In this document: piece by piece, positions 45,655 through 53,706 of the stretch
Layout: the number at the start of each line of letters is the position of its first letter
Position numbering within the stretch: position 1 is the stretch's first letter
Source: an uncultured Verrucomicrobiota bacterium
GTDB taxonomy: Bacteria; Verrucomicrobiota; Verrucomicrobiia; Limisphaerales; UBA8199
Direction: 5' to 3'
Length of the DNA: 64,000 nt
Assembly: GCA_964653485.1 (NCBI GenBank)
Contig: CAZZFF010000004.1
Coordinates: 26,069-90,068, forward strand
Translations under genes and position numbers: made by a program
Notes under the pieces: model-generated
Told to the model about the DNA's origin: nothing
Database searches by the model: none
Seen by the model: only the letters and a program-made list of their open reading frames with translations

Positions 45655-46062
45655 TTACGCCGGCACGGCACCTTGCACCGTGTAGCGAAACTTCGTGCTG
45701 ACCCCCGTTTGCTCGACGCACGCCACCTCAACAATGACGGCGCTCAAGAAGCTCGCGATCATCGTGCCATCCGGGTCGTTGATCCCCAGGGAGCAATTCA
45801 TCGGCACCGTGGCGGCGTGGCCCCACACAAACCCGTCGGCCGCGGCTTGACTCGCGTGGACCCGCGCAACCGTCCATGAGAAACTGGTCTCCCGGTTGCC
45901 GAGGCCATTTGCGAAGACGCGCGCCGCCAGGGCGAGCTGCTCGGTCTGGATTTGCCGCGCCTCGGCTGGGATTGGCGGAGGGTCAATGATGAAATCTCCC
46001 GCGCCGTCATCGCCCAGGGTGACAGGCGTCGCGCTCGGGATTGGGGTGGCGATTATTTGCAT
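45655..46062 (-). CDS. Hypothetical phage protein
   Basis: 135 aa, co-oriented in the tail module and flanked by repeat-filled spacers. Confidence 0.45.
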   Translation of the reverse strand: MQIIATPIPSATPVTLGDDGAGDFIIDPPPIPAEARQIQTEQLALAARVFANGLGNRETSFSWTVARVHASQAAADGFVWGHAATVPMNCSLGINDPDGTMIASFLSAVIVEVACVEQTGVSTKFRYTVQGAVPA

Positions 46063-46136
46063 GAAAGTATGAAGGATAAAGGATGAAACCGGAGCAGCGC
46101 GGGTGACTTCTTGTTTTAGCCTTTAGTCTTTAGCCT
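46061..46136. repeat. Two heptamer tandem repeat blocks in one spacer
   Basis: atgaaag/tatgaag/gataaag/gatgaaa (46061-46088) and ttttagc/ctttagt/ctttagc/cttgcgc (46114-46141). The blocks are partly complementary to each other. Confidence 0.75.
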
Positions 46137-46345
46137 TGCGCCCGTGCAGGACTGGGCTGCGCGGTTTGTTTAGCTGCCGCGGCTTGCGGCGCTATGGGAG
46201 GCGGCAGCGCCGGCGCGGAGGCGGCATCCTCCGCCTGGCCGCGCGCGATGAGCATGCGGGCAAGGTTCTCGGGCAGGTCGGCCGTTGAGCCGGCGGCGAT
46301 GACCTTGCCGGCATGGGGAAGGGGGTATTTGGCTCTTATGTTCAT
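46130..46345 (-). CDS. Small hypothetical phage protein
   Basis: 71 aa with an Ala/Pro-rich C-terminus, in the position where tail chaperones usually lie. Confidence 0.4.
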   Translation of the reverse strand: MNIRAKYPLPHAGKVIAAGSTADLPENLARMLIARGQAEDAASAPALPPPIAPQAAAAKQTAQPSPARAQG

Positions 46346-46383
46346 GGGAAAGGATAAAGACTAAAGAATAAAGGATTAAAAGG
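46346..46383. repeat. Heptamer tandem repeat
   Basis: ggaaagg/ataaaga/ctaaaga/ataaagg/attaaaa. Confidence 0.75.
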
Positions 46384-46390
46384 GTCAGGG

Positions 46391-47377
46391 TTAGGCGCTG
46401 AAAACCAGGAGCGGTTGCGGGGCGCCGGCGCTGAAGGTCATCGTGGTGACAAAGCCCACTTCGCCCGTCCCGAGCCTGGTCCCGCCGAACTCGAAGCCGG
46501 CGCCGACGGCATCCGCGTTTTTGAGGGTGATTGACTTGCTGTTTGGCCCGGTGAGGACGAGGTCGGCGCCGGTTGTTCCGTTGGCGAATTGCTGGCCGAG
46601 CAACCGGCCGGTATTGACGCCGATGGCGGCGTCGATCTGGCTGTGCGTAGGCCCGTAAGGACGGCACCTCGCCATGAAGGCAACGCTATCGAGCTTGTAG
46701 GCCCGCACGAGAGTCTGCACGGGCAAGGGAGAGTACTTGATGTCGCTCGTGATCACCCATTGGTCCTCCGCTTCCACAGGCAGGCCCGCACTGCCGCCGC
46801 CGAAGCCCGCGACCGTTCCCCACACGCCCGTCCACGCGCCACGCTGGTAGTCAGTGCCGGATTGCTGGCCGCCCGGATCGGAAACCCCGCCGGGGATGAG
46901 CGTGTAGAGTGCTCCGGCCGCCCCGAGCGAGGCGCCGGTCGCCAGAATGCAGGCGATCTCGACAGGCCCGAACAGCGGCTTGTCGATGCCCAGGTGCAGG
47001 TCCGGGTGCTTGGTCACCGCCGCGCGGGGGAAGGAATAGCTGCGTCCGTCCGGGCTCCAGATGACCGCCGGAGTGTCCGCCGCCCCAGCCGGGTTATGAG
47101 GGCGCGTCCCGATCCCCAGCGCGCCGATCGTGCTTCCCACGCTGACCCCCAGGTAACGGGGAAAAACCAGCGGCAGGGCCGACCAGTTATCAAAGGGTGT
47201 CAGGCTGACAATGACCTCCGCATTGGCTTGCAGCGCCGTGACTCGGCCGAAAAACCCGCTCGCCAAATCCACCGCCTGCTGCTTGACCTCCGCCTTGATC
47301 TCCCCGTTCTCTCCCTCCGGCCAAAGAGCGCTGCCGCCCATGTATATTTTGCCCGGTCCCGCGTATATTGTGCTCAT
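46391..47377 (-). CDS. Putative major tail tube protein (double-size)
   Basis: ATG 47377 (MSTIYAGPGKIYMGG...) inside ORF 46391..47821; 328 aa. It has a tube-like beta pattern and lies after the head-tail genes. Inference only. Confidence 0.45.
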   Translation of the reverse strand: MSTIYAGPGKIYMGGSALWPEGENGEIKAEVKQQAVDLASGFFGRVTALQANAEVIVSLTPFDNWSALPLVFPRYLGVSVGSTIGALGIGTRPHNPAGAADTPAVIWSPDGRSYSFPRAAVTKHPDLHLGIDKPLFGPVEIACILATGASLGAAGALYTLIPGGVSDPGGQQSGTDYQRGAWTGVWGTVAGFGGGSAGLPVEAEDQWVITSDIKYSPLPVQTLVRAYKLDSVAFMARCRPYGPTHSQIDAAIGVNTGRLLGQQFANGTTGADLVLTGPNSKSITLKNADAVGAGFEFGGTRLGTGEVGFVTTMTFSAGAPQPLLVFSA

Positions 47378-47406
47378 ATTTTGTTTGGACTTTTTTTTAA
47401 GTGCTC

Positions 47407-48162
47407 TCAGAATTGCTGCCGAACCACCGAACTCCTGAACATGCCCGGCTTGTACGCCGCGTACCGCAACACCGGCCCGGCCGGCTGAAACGGCGCGCTG
47501 TACTTGGTTGCCCGTGGATTGCCAGGCCCCGGAAAACTCCCGTCCCACGTATAAAAGATGTCCGCTCCGATGGTCGCGGACGAAAGGCTCACGCCGGACG
47601 GCTGCGTTTGGGCGGCGGGCTGGCTCACCCGTCCCACAGGTGTGGCGGCCGCCTGCATCTGGAGTTTGATCCGGTAAGCGACCAACCCCGCGAATCGCTG
47701 CGCATCCCAAATGGCATCGCGAAGGGTGCCCTCGCCGACCACGCGCAGGTTCTCCGTCCGCCAGAGCCCGCGGATGGCCTCCCGCACCGCGGACATCACC
47801 CCTGCCCCGCCAATCTCCCACTGGTGGGAGCTGTCCAGGATGAACTTGGAGACCTCCTCCGCGCTCATTTGGGTGCCCGTGGCCGGGGCGTAGTTGAGGT
47901 TCGGCTCTTCCAGCGCCACGCAGGACAACACCAGGTTGCCCACCGGGCCGGACACATTGGGATGCAGGACCTCGAAGGCCGGCATCTCGACGAGGATGCC
48001 GCAGCCGCTCCGGCCGTTCCGAGGAGCTGTATAAACGGTGGACCAGTCAATCTCGCTTTGAAGCCGCAGCTTGCGGTACTGGATAACGTTGATGAATCGC
48101 AGCCCCGGCTCCGCAAGCAGCCCTTGGGTCAAATCCTCCTGTAACTCGACGAAATCGTTCAT
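47407..48162 (-). CDS. Hypothetical phage head-tail joining / neck protein
   Basis: 251 aa, starting 3 nt downstream of the preceding gene. The C-terminal IFYTWDGSFPGPGNP...YSAPF resembles a chitobiase-C-type Ig-like module. Confidence 0.45.
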   Translation of the reverse strand: MNDFVELQEDLTQGLLAEPGLRFINVIQYRKLRLQSEIDWSTVYTAPRNGRSGCGILVEMPAFEVLHPNVSGPVGNLVLSCVALEEPNLNYAPATGTQMSAEEVSKFILDSSHQWEIGGAGVMSAVREAIRGLWRTENLRVVGEGTLRDAIWDAQRFAGLVAYRIKLQMQAAATPVGRVSQPAAQTQPSGVSLSSATIGADIFYTWDGSFPGPGNPRATKYSAPFQPAGPVLRYAAYKPGMFRSSVVRQQF

Positions 48163-48165
48163 GAC

Positions 48166-48690
48166 TCACTCCGGTATTTGTGGATTGGCCCAGGGCGGCA
48201 GGGACTTCTCCGGGACCGGCCACTGAGCCTCCGGCGTCGGCACCGGGTGGGTTCGGTTAAGAAGCTTGTTCTCGCTGTTCCATTGGCCGCTTTTCGGACT
48301 GGGGACGCCGGCCCGGCCAACACCACCCTTCTTTGGCTCGCCGGGCGGCTCAATCGCAATCCGCTGCTGTGCTATCCGGTCGAGCTTGGCCAGCGCCTCG
48401 TCGTGCGCGTCCCGCCGGTCTCGAGTCTGGAGACGCTGCAATTGCGAGAAGGCCGTCAGCCAACGCCACCGCGCCATGGCGACAATTTCAAGATCAAGCT
48501 GGTCGGGCGTCGTCCCATCCGCACCGAGCCGATAGCCTCCCGCCCGGATGGCGCCGCGCACCGCATTGACAACCCGCGCCAAAATCAGCGGCAGCGCATC
48601 GCCCGCTCCCTGGATGCTCTTCAGGGCCGCCTGTTCCTCCACTGTGAACTCTCCCAGCACGTCTTCGACTGTTACAGTCTTCCAAGCCAT
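48166..48690 (-). CDS. Putative head-tail connector/adaptor protein
   Basis: ATG 48690 (MAWKTVTVEDVLGEFTVEEQAALKSIQG...) in ORF 48166..48894. It has a gp6/DUF1320-like N-terminal pattern and fits the position. Confidence 0.4.
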   Translation of the reverse strand: MAWKTVTVEDVLGEFTVEEQAALKSIQGAGDALPLILARVVNAVRGAIRAGGYRLGADGTTPDQLDLEIVAMARWRWLTAFSQLQRLQTRDRRDAHDEALAKLDRIAQQRIAIEPPGEPKKGGVGRAGVPSPKSGQWNSENKLLNRTHPVPTPEAQWPVPEKSLPPWANPQIPE

Positions 48691-48799
48691 AGTCAGTTGA
48701 TGGTGAATGGTTGCACTCCGCGCTCCGCACTCGATTGGCCCCGGCGGCGGCAAACCAGCCAACACCCGCCGCCGGGGTCTGTTCCCCCGCCCCTCGCTA

Positions 48800-49324
48800 C
48801 TATGGGTAGCGAATCGGAATAATCTTTTTGACCACCCAGGCCGAACAGTTGGTGACCAGGCCGTTGCCCGAATTGGTGATCGAGTAGATGCCAAGCCAGT
48901 TCGCGAGGCCGACCACGCGAGCGTCCAGGTTCGTACACCACACCACCTGGTTGGTCCCGCTGGTGGTCAGCGTCAGCGACCATTGCGGCGAGGTCTCCCA
49001 ATCCGTCGTCCGAGGCGGCCTGTCGGTCCCCGCCCGGCACAGGCCGATCGTCAGAGTCTGGTTTGTGCTCGAGGCGCCGGCGCACGAGAACCAGAAGCCC
49101 AACTGCTGATAGCTGGCCGTATTGATTGCCCCGCCAGTGCAGTACCCGATGCCGTTGGTGCCAACGCTGTTCGTAGGCGCCGACACATAACTGACCCCGG
49201 TTGCAACCTGATTGGTGATGTTGAAGCTCTCCGCCCTGGCCGCCGGCAATAATGCCAGCGCAAGGGCGGCAGCGGCGAATCGCAACGCGTTCTTCATGTT
49301 GTTTGCTCTTTGGGTGTTTTCCAT
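48800..49324 (-). CDS. Secreted Cys-rich beta protein encoded between capsid and connector genes
   Basis: A Sec signal MKNALRFAAAALALALLPAARA|ES sits inside MENTQRANN-MKNAL.... The mature part has six Cys. AGGAGG lies upstream of ATG 49324. Confidence 0.5.
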   Translation of the reverse strand: MENTQRANNMKNALRFAAAALALALLPAARAESFNITNQVATGVSYVSAPTNSVGTNGIGYCTGGAINTASYQQLGFWFSCAGASSTNQTLTIGLCRAGTDRPPRTTDWETSPQWSLTLTTSGTNQVVWCTNLDARVVGLANWLGIYSITNSGNGLVTNCSAWVVKKIIPIRYP

Positions 49325-49341
49325 CGGTGATCCTTTTCCTC

Positions 49342-51585
49342 CTACTGGCTTGTAATGCACAGGCCGCCCCGGTTGTCCCCCACCGCGGCTCCGAGCATGA
49401 CCTGGATGCGCCATTCGGCATAACCGCCCGTGTGATTGACATACTGCACCAGCACCACCGAAATCCCGATGTCGGGGTCGGTGATGGTCGTGACGGAGCC
49501 GTAGCTTGCGCCAGGCAGGGCCTGCGTGTAGTCGTTGCTGAGCCGAGTTTTGGCCACGACGGCCGCCTTGTGCAAGACCATCCCCACGAGGTTTGGCGTC
49601 ACGCCCGGCGCGGTCAGGTTCGGCGCCTCGATCGGCTCGAAGCCTGCCAGCTTGGGCAGGCGGTTCTCCGTCACGATCTGCGGCGATTGCTGCCCGGCGA
49701 AGAAAGTCACCAGGCTCGGGTCCGTGGCCAGTTGCTCGAAGTAATTGCTCGTCAAGAGCGCCACCCTGTCGTTGATCGGCACCTCGTTCGGGTTGAAGAT
49801 GGCCGCAATCTTTGTGAGCGTGGAGCGCGCGAAGTCCGCGATGCCGACGGGGTAATTGGCATAAGCCACCGGGACCTTCGCCCCGTTGGTCTGGGCGTAG
49901 GCGTTGTAATTGGCCGGCGTGAAGAGCTTGTATATCTTCTCGACGAAGTACTTGGCCAGGGCATAAGCCGCCGCCGGGGCCTGCTCGTCGAACAACCGGC
50001 GCATCGTGCTGGCCAGCGTGTTCGCGTCGAAGACAATCGGCACGCCCACGTGCTCGTCGAGAGTGATCAGGACGTCCTTGGTCTGCGCGGCGCTGACGGT
50101 GCTCCAGCCCAGCGGGCGGCCGGTTGAATCCGGGGCCGTGTTGTAGCTTTGGACGGCCGGGACCACCACGATGCGCGTGGCTTCAGTCTGCCTGAATTGC
50201 GCCGGGGTGTCGCTGAAGTCGGTGAAAACCCGCGAGATTACCGGGAACGCCAGTTTGAACAACTGCAGCGTCCGCTGGGCCACCAGCGTCCCGCTCAACG
50301 TGCCCAGGTTGGCGTCGCTCACGTCCGCCGCCATGAGCGGCATGTCGCGAAACTCGTTCCACCGCGGCGCGATTTCGCGCGCGTAGAGGGCGCCCATCTG
50401 TTTGGCGTGCTCGCCTTTCTGCTGGAATCCCGCGAACGACAGATCACGGATGCCGGAGTTTTTCGCGACCAGGGCGCCGTAGGCCTGGATGACGCGCGCC
50501 GCTCCTTCCTTGGCTTCGAGCCTGGTTGTGCCGGCGGTCGCCGACGCCTCCCGCGTGATGCTGCCGGCCGCCAGGGCGGCGTTGCCCGGCATGGCCTGCA
50601 ACGTGTCGAGCATCTCCGCGTTATCGGCGCAGAGCCGCATCCACTTGGCCTGGAGCGGTTCATCCTGGGCGGGAATCGCCCCGCGCTTTACCGCGGCGGC
50701 GACCGCCTCCTGTGCGGCGCGCCCGCGCTGCGCCCTGAGCGCGTCGTCCTTGCGCTCGTTGTCCTCCTCGAGCTCCGCGATGCGAATCGCCTGCTCGACG
50801 TTTTTCCGTTCGGCCTGCTTGGCCGTGAGTTGCTGTGCCGCTTCGGCATTGCCCGCCGCATTGGCGGCCCGCAATCCCTGGAGTTCGGTGTCCAGCTTTT
50901 GGAGTTTGGCCGTCAAATCGGCCAGCTTCTCTTTCATGTTGTCCTTTGTTTCGTGGCCGCCCGTCAGGGAGTCCACTGGGTTGTCTGCGTCGCCCGCGCC
51001 GGCGGTTGCCCGCGCGGAAATCGTTCCCGCCCGCTTCGCCCACAAAGGGGCGATGTCGTGAAATGCCGGGTCGTTGACCAGGCTCCCGAAGTTGAGCCCC
51101 GCATCCTCCTTGCACATCACTTTTGCCGGGTCGGTTTGAGTCACGAAGAACACAGGGGAAAAGGCGCGGTAATTCCGGCCCTTGATCGCGTCGGCCCCGG
51201 CCTGGCTCATCTCCGCCCGGCAATAGACCCCGGGCGCCGGCGAATCGCGCCACACGAAAGCCAGCGGCCAGGCGCTGGCCGCCTCGTCCTTGTGATCGAA
51301 ATCGAAAAAGGCCCGCTGCTGCCCCCGCGCATTCACCGCCTCCAACTGCGCCTCCAGCGCCGCCGCCGCCGCCCGGTCCACTTCCACCGTCCGCCGCACC
51401 GGCTTGTCCCCCTGCATAAACCAGCACCGATGCACCCCGCCCGGCATCACCATGAACTCGGCGATGCTGCCGGCGTTCATATCTTGAGCGCCGCTCGGCG
51501 CGGCGACGGCCACGCGGGCCGCCAGGGGCAAGGCTGAAGGCTGAAGGCTAAAGGATGAATCAAGATGTTCGCATTTGTCGCTCAT
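49342..51585 (-). CDS. Fusion of Mu gpI-type prohead protease, coiled-coil scaffold and major capsid protein
   Basis: The N-terminal FMVMPGG...FFDFDHKDEAASAWPLAFVWRDSPAPGVYCRAEMSQAGADAIKGRNYRAFSPVF matches the Mu-like prophage I protein. The central part is a coiled coil (KEKLADLTAKLQKLDTELQGL...). The C-terminal ~330 aa are capsid-like. An alternative start is ATG 51480. Confidence 0.7.
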   Translation of the reverse strand: MSDKCEHLDSSFSLQPSALPLAARVAVAAPSGAQDMNAGSIAEFMVMPGGVHRCWFMQGDKPVRRTVEVDRAAAAALEAQLEAVNARGQQRAFFDFDHKDEAASAWPLAFVWRDSPAPGVYCRAEMSQAGADAIKGRNYRAFSPVFFVTQTDPAKVMCKEDAGLNFGSLVNDPAFHDIAPLWAKRAGTISARATAGAGDADNPVDSLTGGHETKDNMKEKLADLTAKLQKLDTELQGLRAANAAGNAEAAQQLTAKQAERKNVEQAIRIAELEEDNERKDDALRAQRGRAAQEAVAAAVKRGAIPAQDEPLQAKWMRLCADNAEMLDTLQAMPGNAALAAGSITREASATAGTTRLEAKEGAARVIQAYGALVAKNSGIRDLSFAGFQQKGEHAKQMGALYAREIAPRWNEFRDMPLMAADVSDANLGTLSGTLVAQRTLQLFKLAFPVISRVFTDFSDTPAQFRQTEATRIVVVPAVQSYNTAPDSTGRPLGWSTVSAAQTKDVLITLDEHVGVPIVFDANTLASTMRRLFDEQAPAAAYALAKYFVEKIYKLFTPANYNAYAQTNGAKVPVAYANYPVGIADFARSTLTKIAAIFNPNEVPINDRVALLTSNYFEQLATDPSLVTFFAGQQSPQIVTENRLPKLAGFEPIEAPNLTAPGVTPNLVGMVLHKAAVVAKTRLSNDYTQALPGASYGSVTTITDPDIGISVVLVQYVNHTGGYAEWRIQVMLGAAVGDNRGGLCITSQ
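51530..51564. repeat. Heptamer tandem repeat
   Basis: aaggctg/aaggctg/aaggcta/aaggatg/aatcaag. Confidence 0.8.
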
Positions 51586-51597
51586 TGGTTTTTCCTT

Positions 51598-53361
51598 TCA
51601 GTCAGGAGGAGTATTAGGATTAGGATTGAGAGCGGGAGGCAGGGTGGAATGCCGTGATGGGAGTCCCTCCGCGGCCTTCCCGTTTGCGTCCGCATCCTCA
51701 CCCGCGTTCGACGATGGGTTCTGGGCTGTGGACTGTGGACTCTGGGCTGTGGACTCCTTTTCCCCCCCGACGGTTTCCTCTCCGGGTTGCGGCAGCGGTA
51801 TCCCATGACGCCTGTAAAACCAGGACCTCGGCATGGGCACCCCGGCCGCCAGAAGGGTCGAGTCTCGTTGCGCGTTGGCCAGAGTGTCCTGCTCCTTCCT
51901 GGGCACGGGCCGAAACTCGGGCGCCTCGCTGTCCTGCCCGTAATTCAGGAGCAGGATGCTTCGGACCAGTTGGGCATTGAGCACGCTCGCGGCGAAATTC
52001 GCGGCGGCCTGGACAACCTCCGCTTTGACGTCGGCATGCACCTGCCCCAGCGCCCGGCTGCCCCCGTGTTTGGACACGTCTCCCGTTAAGGTCTGCCCCA
52101 GGATGAGCAGGTCCATCTGCTTCTCCGCCCGGTCGAGCATGTCGCCCTGGGGTGAATGGTCCCCCATCTGGGCGGCTTCTTTCAATTCGAGCGTCGTGCC
52201 GGCCGGGAACGCGGCCCAGGCGTTGCTGCCCATCCGCTCGAGCATCGAGCAGATGGCGTCGACCGTCTCCTGCGGGGCGGCCGGGTCATAATTCACCCAT
52301 CGAAACGGAAGCCCGAAGACCTGTCCCAGGTTCAACAGCCAATCGGCGGAAAAATTCGCCGCGCACCACCACCATGCCAACGGCCTCAGCAATGCGCCCC
52401 CGAGCGCGGTCCCGCTCTTGGCCTTGCAAATCGAGATGAGGAACTTGTGGTCGGGAAACCTCCGCACGGAGTCGGGCAACGGTTGCGAGCTTGTGCTTTG
52501 CCACACCCCCGGGTTGAGTTTGCATCCTCCCCCGGCGCCGCGGGTTCCAGCGCCGTTCCTCCCCTGTCCCAGTTCCGCCCTCAACCCCAAGCACCCGTCC
52601 AGGGTCCAGGTATAACAAGTGGGATGCACCCAGTACGTCGCCCGCGGGGCCACAATGTCCCCAAGCTCGCCGGCGGGTCTCACCTCCCAATCCACCTCGA
52701 GGACGGTCTGGCCCTTGCCCCAGGCGTCGAGCACGTCGTAGATCGTTCCGCTCAAGCCGTTCTCGTCCTCAGCCGGCGCCGGCCTCATCCGCCTGAACGC
52801 GCTGCTCACCATTCTCGCCTTGTCTTTGGCGGAGTTGCTCGGCGGTTGGTCCTCCTCCTGCCAGGGCGCCAGAGCCCAGTCCATGGCCATCACCGCGCGC
52901 TTCAACTCGTTCAAGTTCTTGGCCAGCCGCGGCGACGTATCCTCCATCAGGTCGAACAACTCCCAGGCCTGAACGTGACTGCCCGCCAACGCCCCGCGCA
53001 GCACCATCTCGATGTATTGGGGCGTAATCGCCGCCAACTGCGGCAGCAGCCAGCGATAGGCCGCCTGCGGCCGCAGGACCTTCGCGAGACTCCGGCTCAA
53101 CCCATCCGGCAGCGTCGAGCTTCCACCTTGCCCGTCCGCCTCAACGGGACCCCGGCCCGGCCTCATGCCCAACCTGGCCGCCGCCAAACTCACCCCGGCC
53201 GGCGCCCGCCTCCGCCATTCCGGCACCTCGGTCTCCCGGAGTCCGGACCCCGCCCGCCCAAACCGCCCCGCCGCCGGCCCGCCTTCCGCGCGGCGGCCAG
53301 GCCCCGCGCCTCCCAGTTCCATGTTGTGTAGCATTGCATTCACCTGGAACTGTTTTCGCAC
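51598..53361 (-). CDS. Phage portal protein, Mu gp29-like (DUF935)
   Basis: AITPQYIEMVLRGALAGSHVQAWELFDLMEDTSPRLAKNLNELKRAVMAMDWALAPW matches the DUF935 N-terminal signature. An alternative start is ATG 53166. The C-terminal tail is encoded by tandem DNA repeats. Confidence 0.75.
   Translation of the reverse strand: MRKQFQVNAMLHNMELGGAGPGRRAEGGPAAGRFGRAGSGLRETEVPEWRRRAPAGVSLAAARLGMRPGRGPVEADGQGGSSTLPDGLSRSLAKVLRPQAAYRWLLPQLAAITPQYIEMVLRGALAGSHVQAWELFDLMEDTSPRLAKNLNELKRAVMAMDWALAPWQEEDQPPSNSAKDKARMVSSAFRRMRPAPAEDENGLSGTIYDVLDAWGKGQTVLEVDWEVRPAGELGDIVAPRATYWVHPTCYTWTLDGCLGLRAELGQGRNGAGTRGAGGGCKLNPGVWQSTSSQPLPDSVRRFPDHKFLISICKAKSGTALGGALLRPLAWWWCAANFSADWLLNLGQVFGLPFRWVNYDPAAPQETVDAICSMLERMGSNAWAAFPAGTTLELKEAAQMGDHSPQGDMLDRAEKQMDLLILGQTLTGDVSKHGGSRALGQVHADVKAEVVQAAANFAASVLNAQLVRSILLLNYGQDSEAPEFRPVPRKEQDTLANAQRDSTLLAAGVPMPRSWFYRRHGIPLPQPGEETVGGEKESTAQSPQSTAQNPSSNAGEDADANGKAAEGLPSRHSTLPPALNPNPNTPPD
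51611..51757. repeat. Tandem repeats inside the portal 3' end
   Basis: attagg/attagg/attgag (6-bp period, 51613-51630, encoding NPNPN) and ctgggct/gtggact/gtggact/ctgggct/gtggact (7-bp period, 51721-51755, encoding STAQSPQSTAQ). Confidence 0.75.
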
Positions 53362-53385
53362 ACTTCCCCCCGGCCGCCAAACACT

Positions 53386-53413
53386 CCATTGGCTCCATTG
53401 GCTCTATTGGCTG
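53386..53413. repeat. 9-bp tandem repeat upstream of the portal gene
   Basis: ccattggct/ccattggct/ctattggct. Confidence 0.8.
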
Positions 53414-53706
53414 TTTCTTCACTTTAAAGAGGAGATTCTGTAGGATTAGGAGTCTGACGGGTTGGTCGAGTGCCGGCCGGACCGGTTTGCCATCCCCAAC
53501 TAGTTCCAAAAGAGCGGGTGAATGAGCGAGCGATGAACTCTGTAATGGACTGCCGAGGCGATTGAACGAAGCGGAACGGGAGTCGCTTCAGGGGCTCTGA
53601 AACGGCGGTTGGGCTTTAACGGCGGGCATTAACCCGATGAACACCCTCAGCGAAACCAAATCCAAGGCGATGCAGCAACGGCAATCTCATGTGGCAGCTC
53701 CGAGCA

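Larger units (their letters stand above)
36314..53361 (-). mobile_element. Phage-derived structural gene cluster (portal to tail/fibre), Mu-like head module; prophage remnant or domesticated element
   Basis: 13 co-oriented, tightly spaced genes. They include a DUF935 portal, a Mu gpI-type protease fused to scaffold and capsid, a fibre with phage-fibre repeats and tail proteins. No terminase, integrase, lysis or regulator genes were recognised. Confidence 0.65.

Noticed and set aside
47378-47821. N-terminal 148 codons of ORF 46391..47821
   Set aside because: They overlap the upstream phage gene and are Arg/Gly-rich. MSTIYAGPGK at 47377 is the plausible start.
40881-53413. Possibility that the short tandem repeats are a CRISPR array
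   Set aside because: The units are 6-9 bp, directly tandem without spacers, and differ between blocks. No cas genes are present.
53141-53509. 122-aa minus-strand ORF upstream of and overlapping the portal start, considered as a small terminase
   Set aside because: It is Gly/Arg/Ala low complexity and reads through the 9-bp repeat. No helix-turn-helix or oligomerisation pattern is present.
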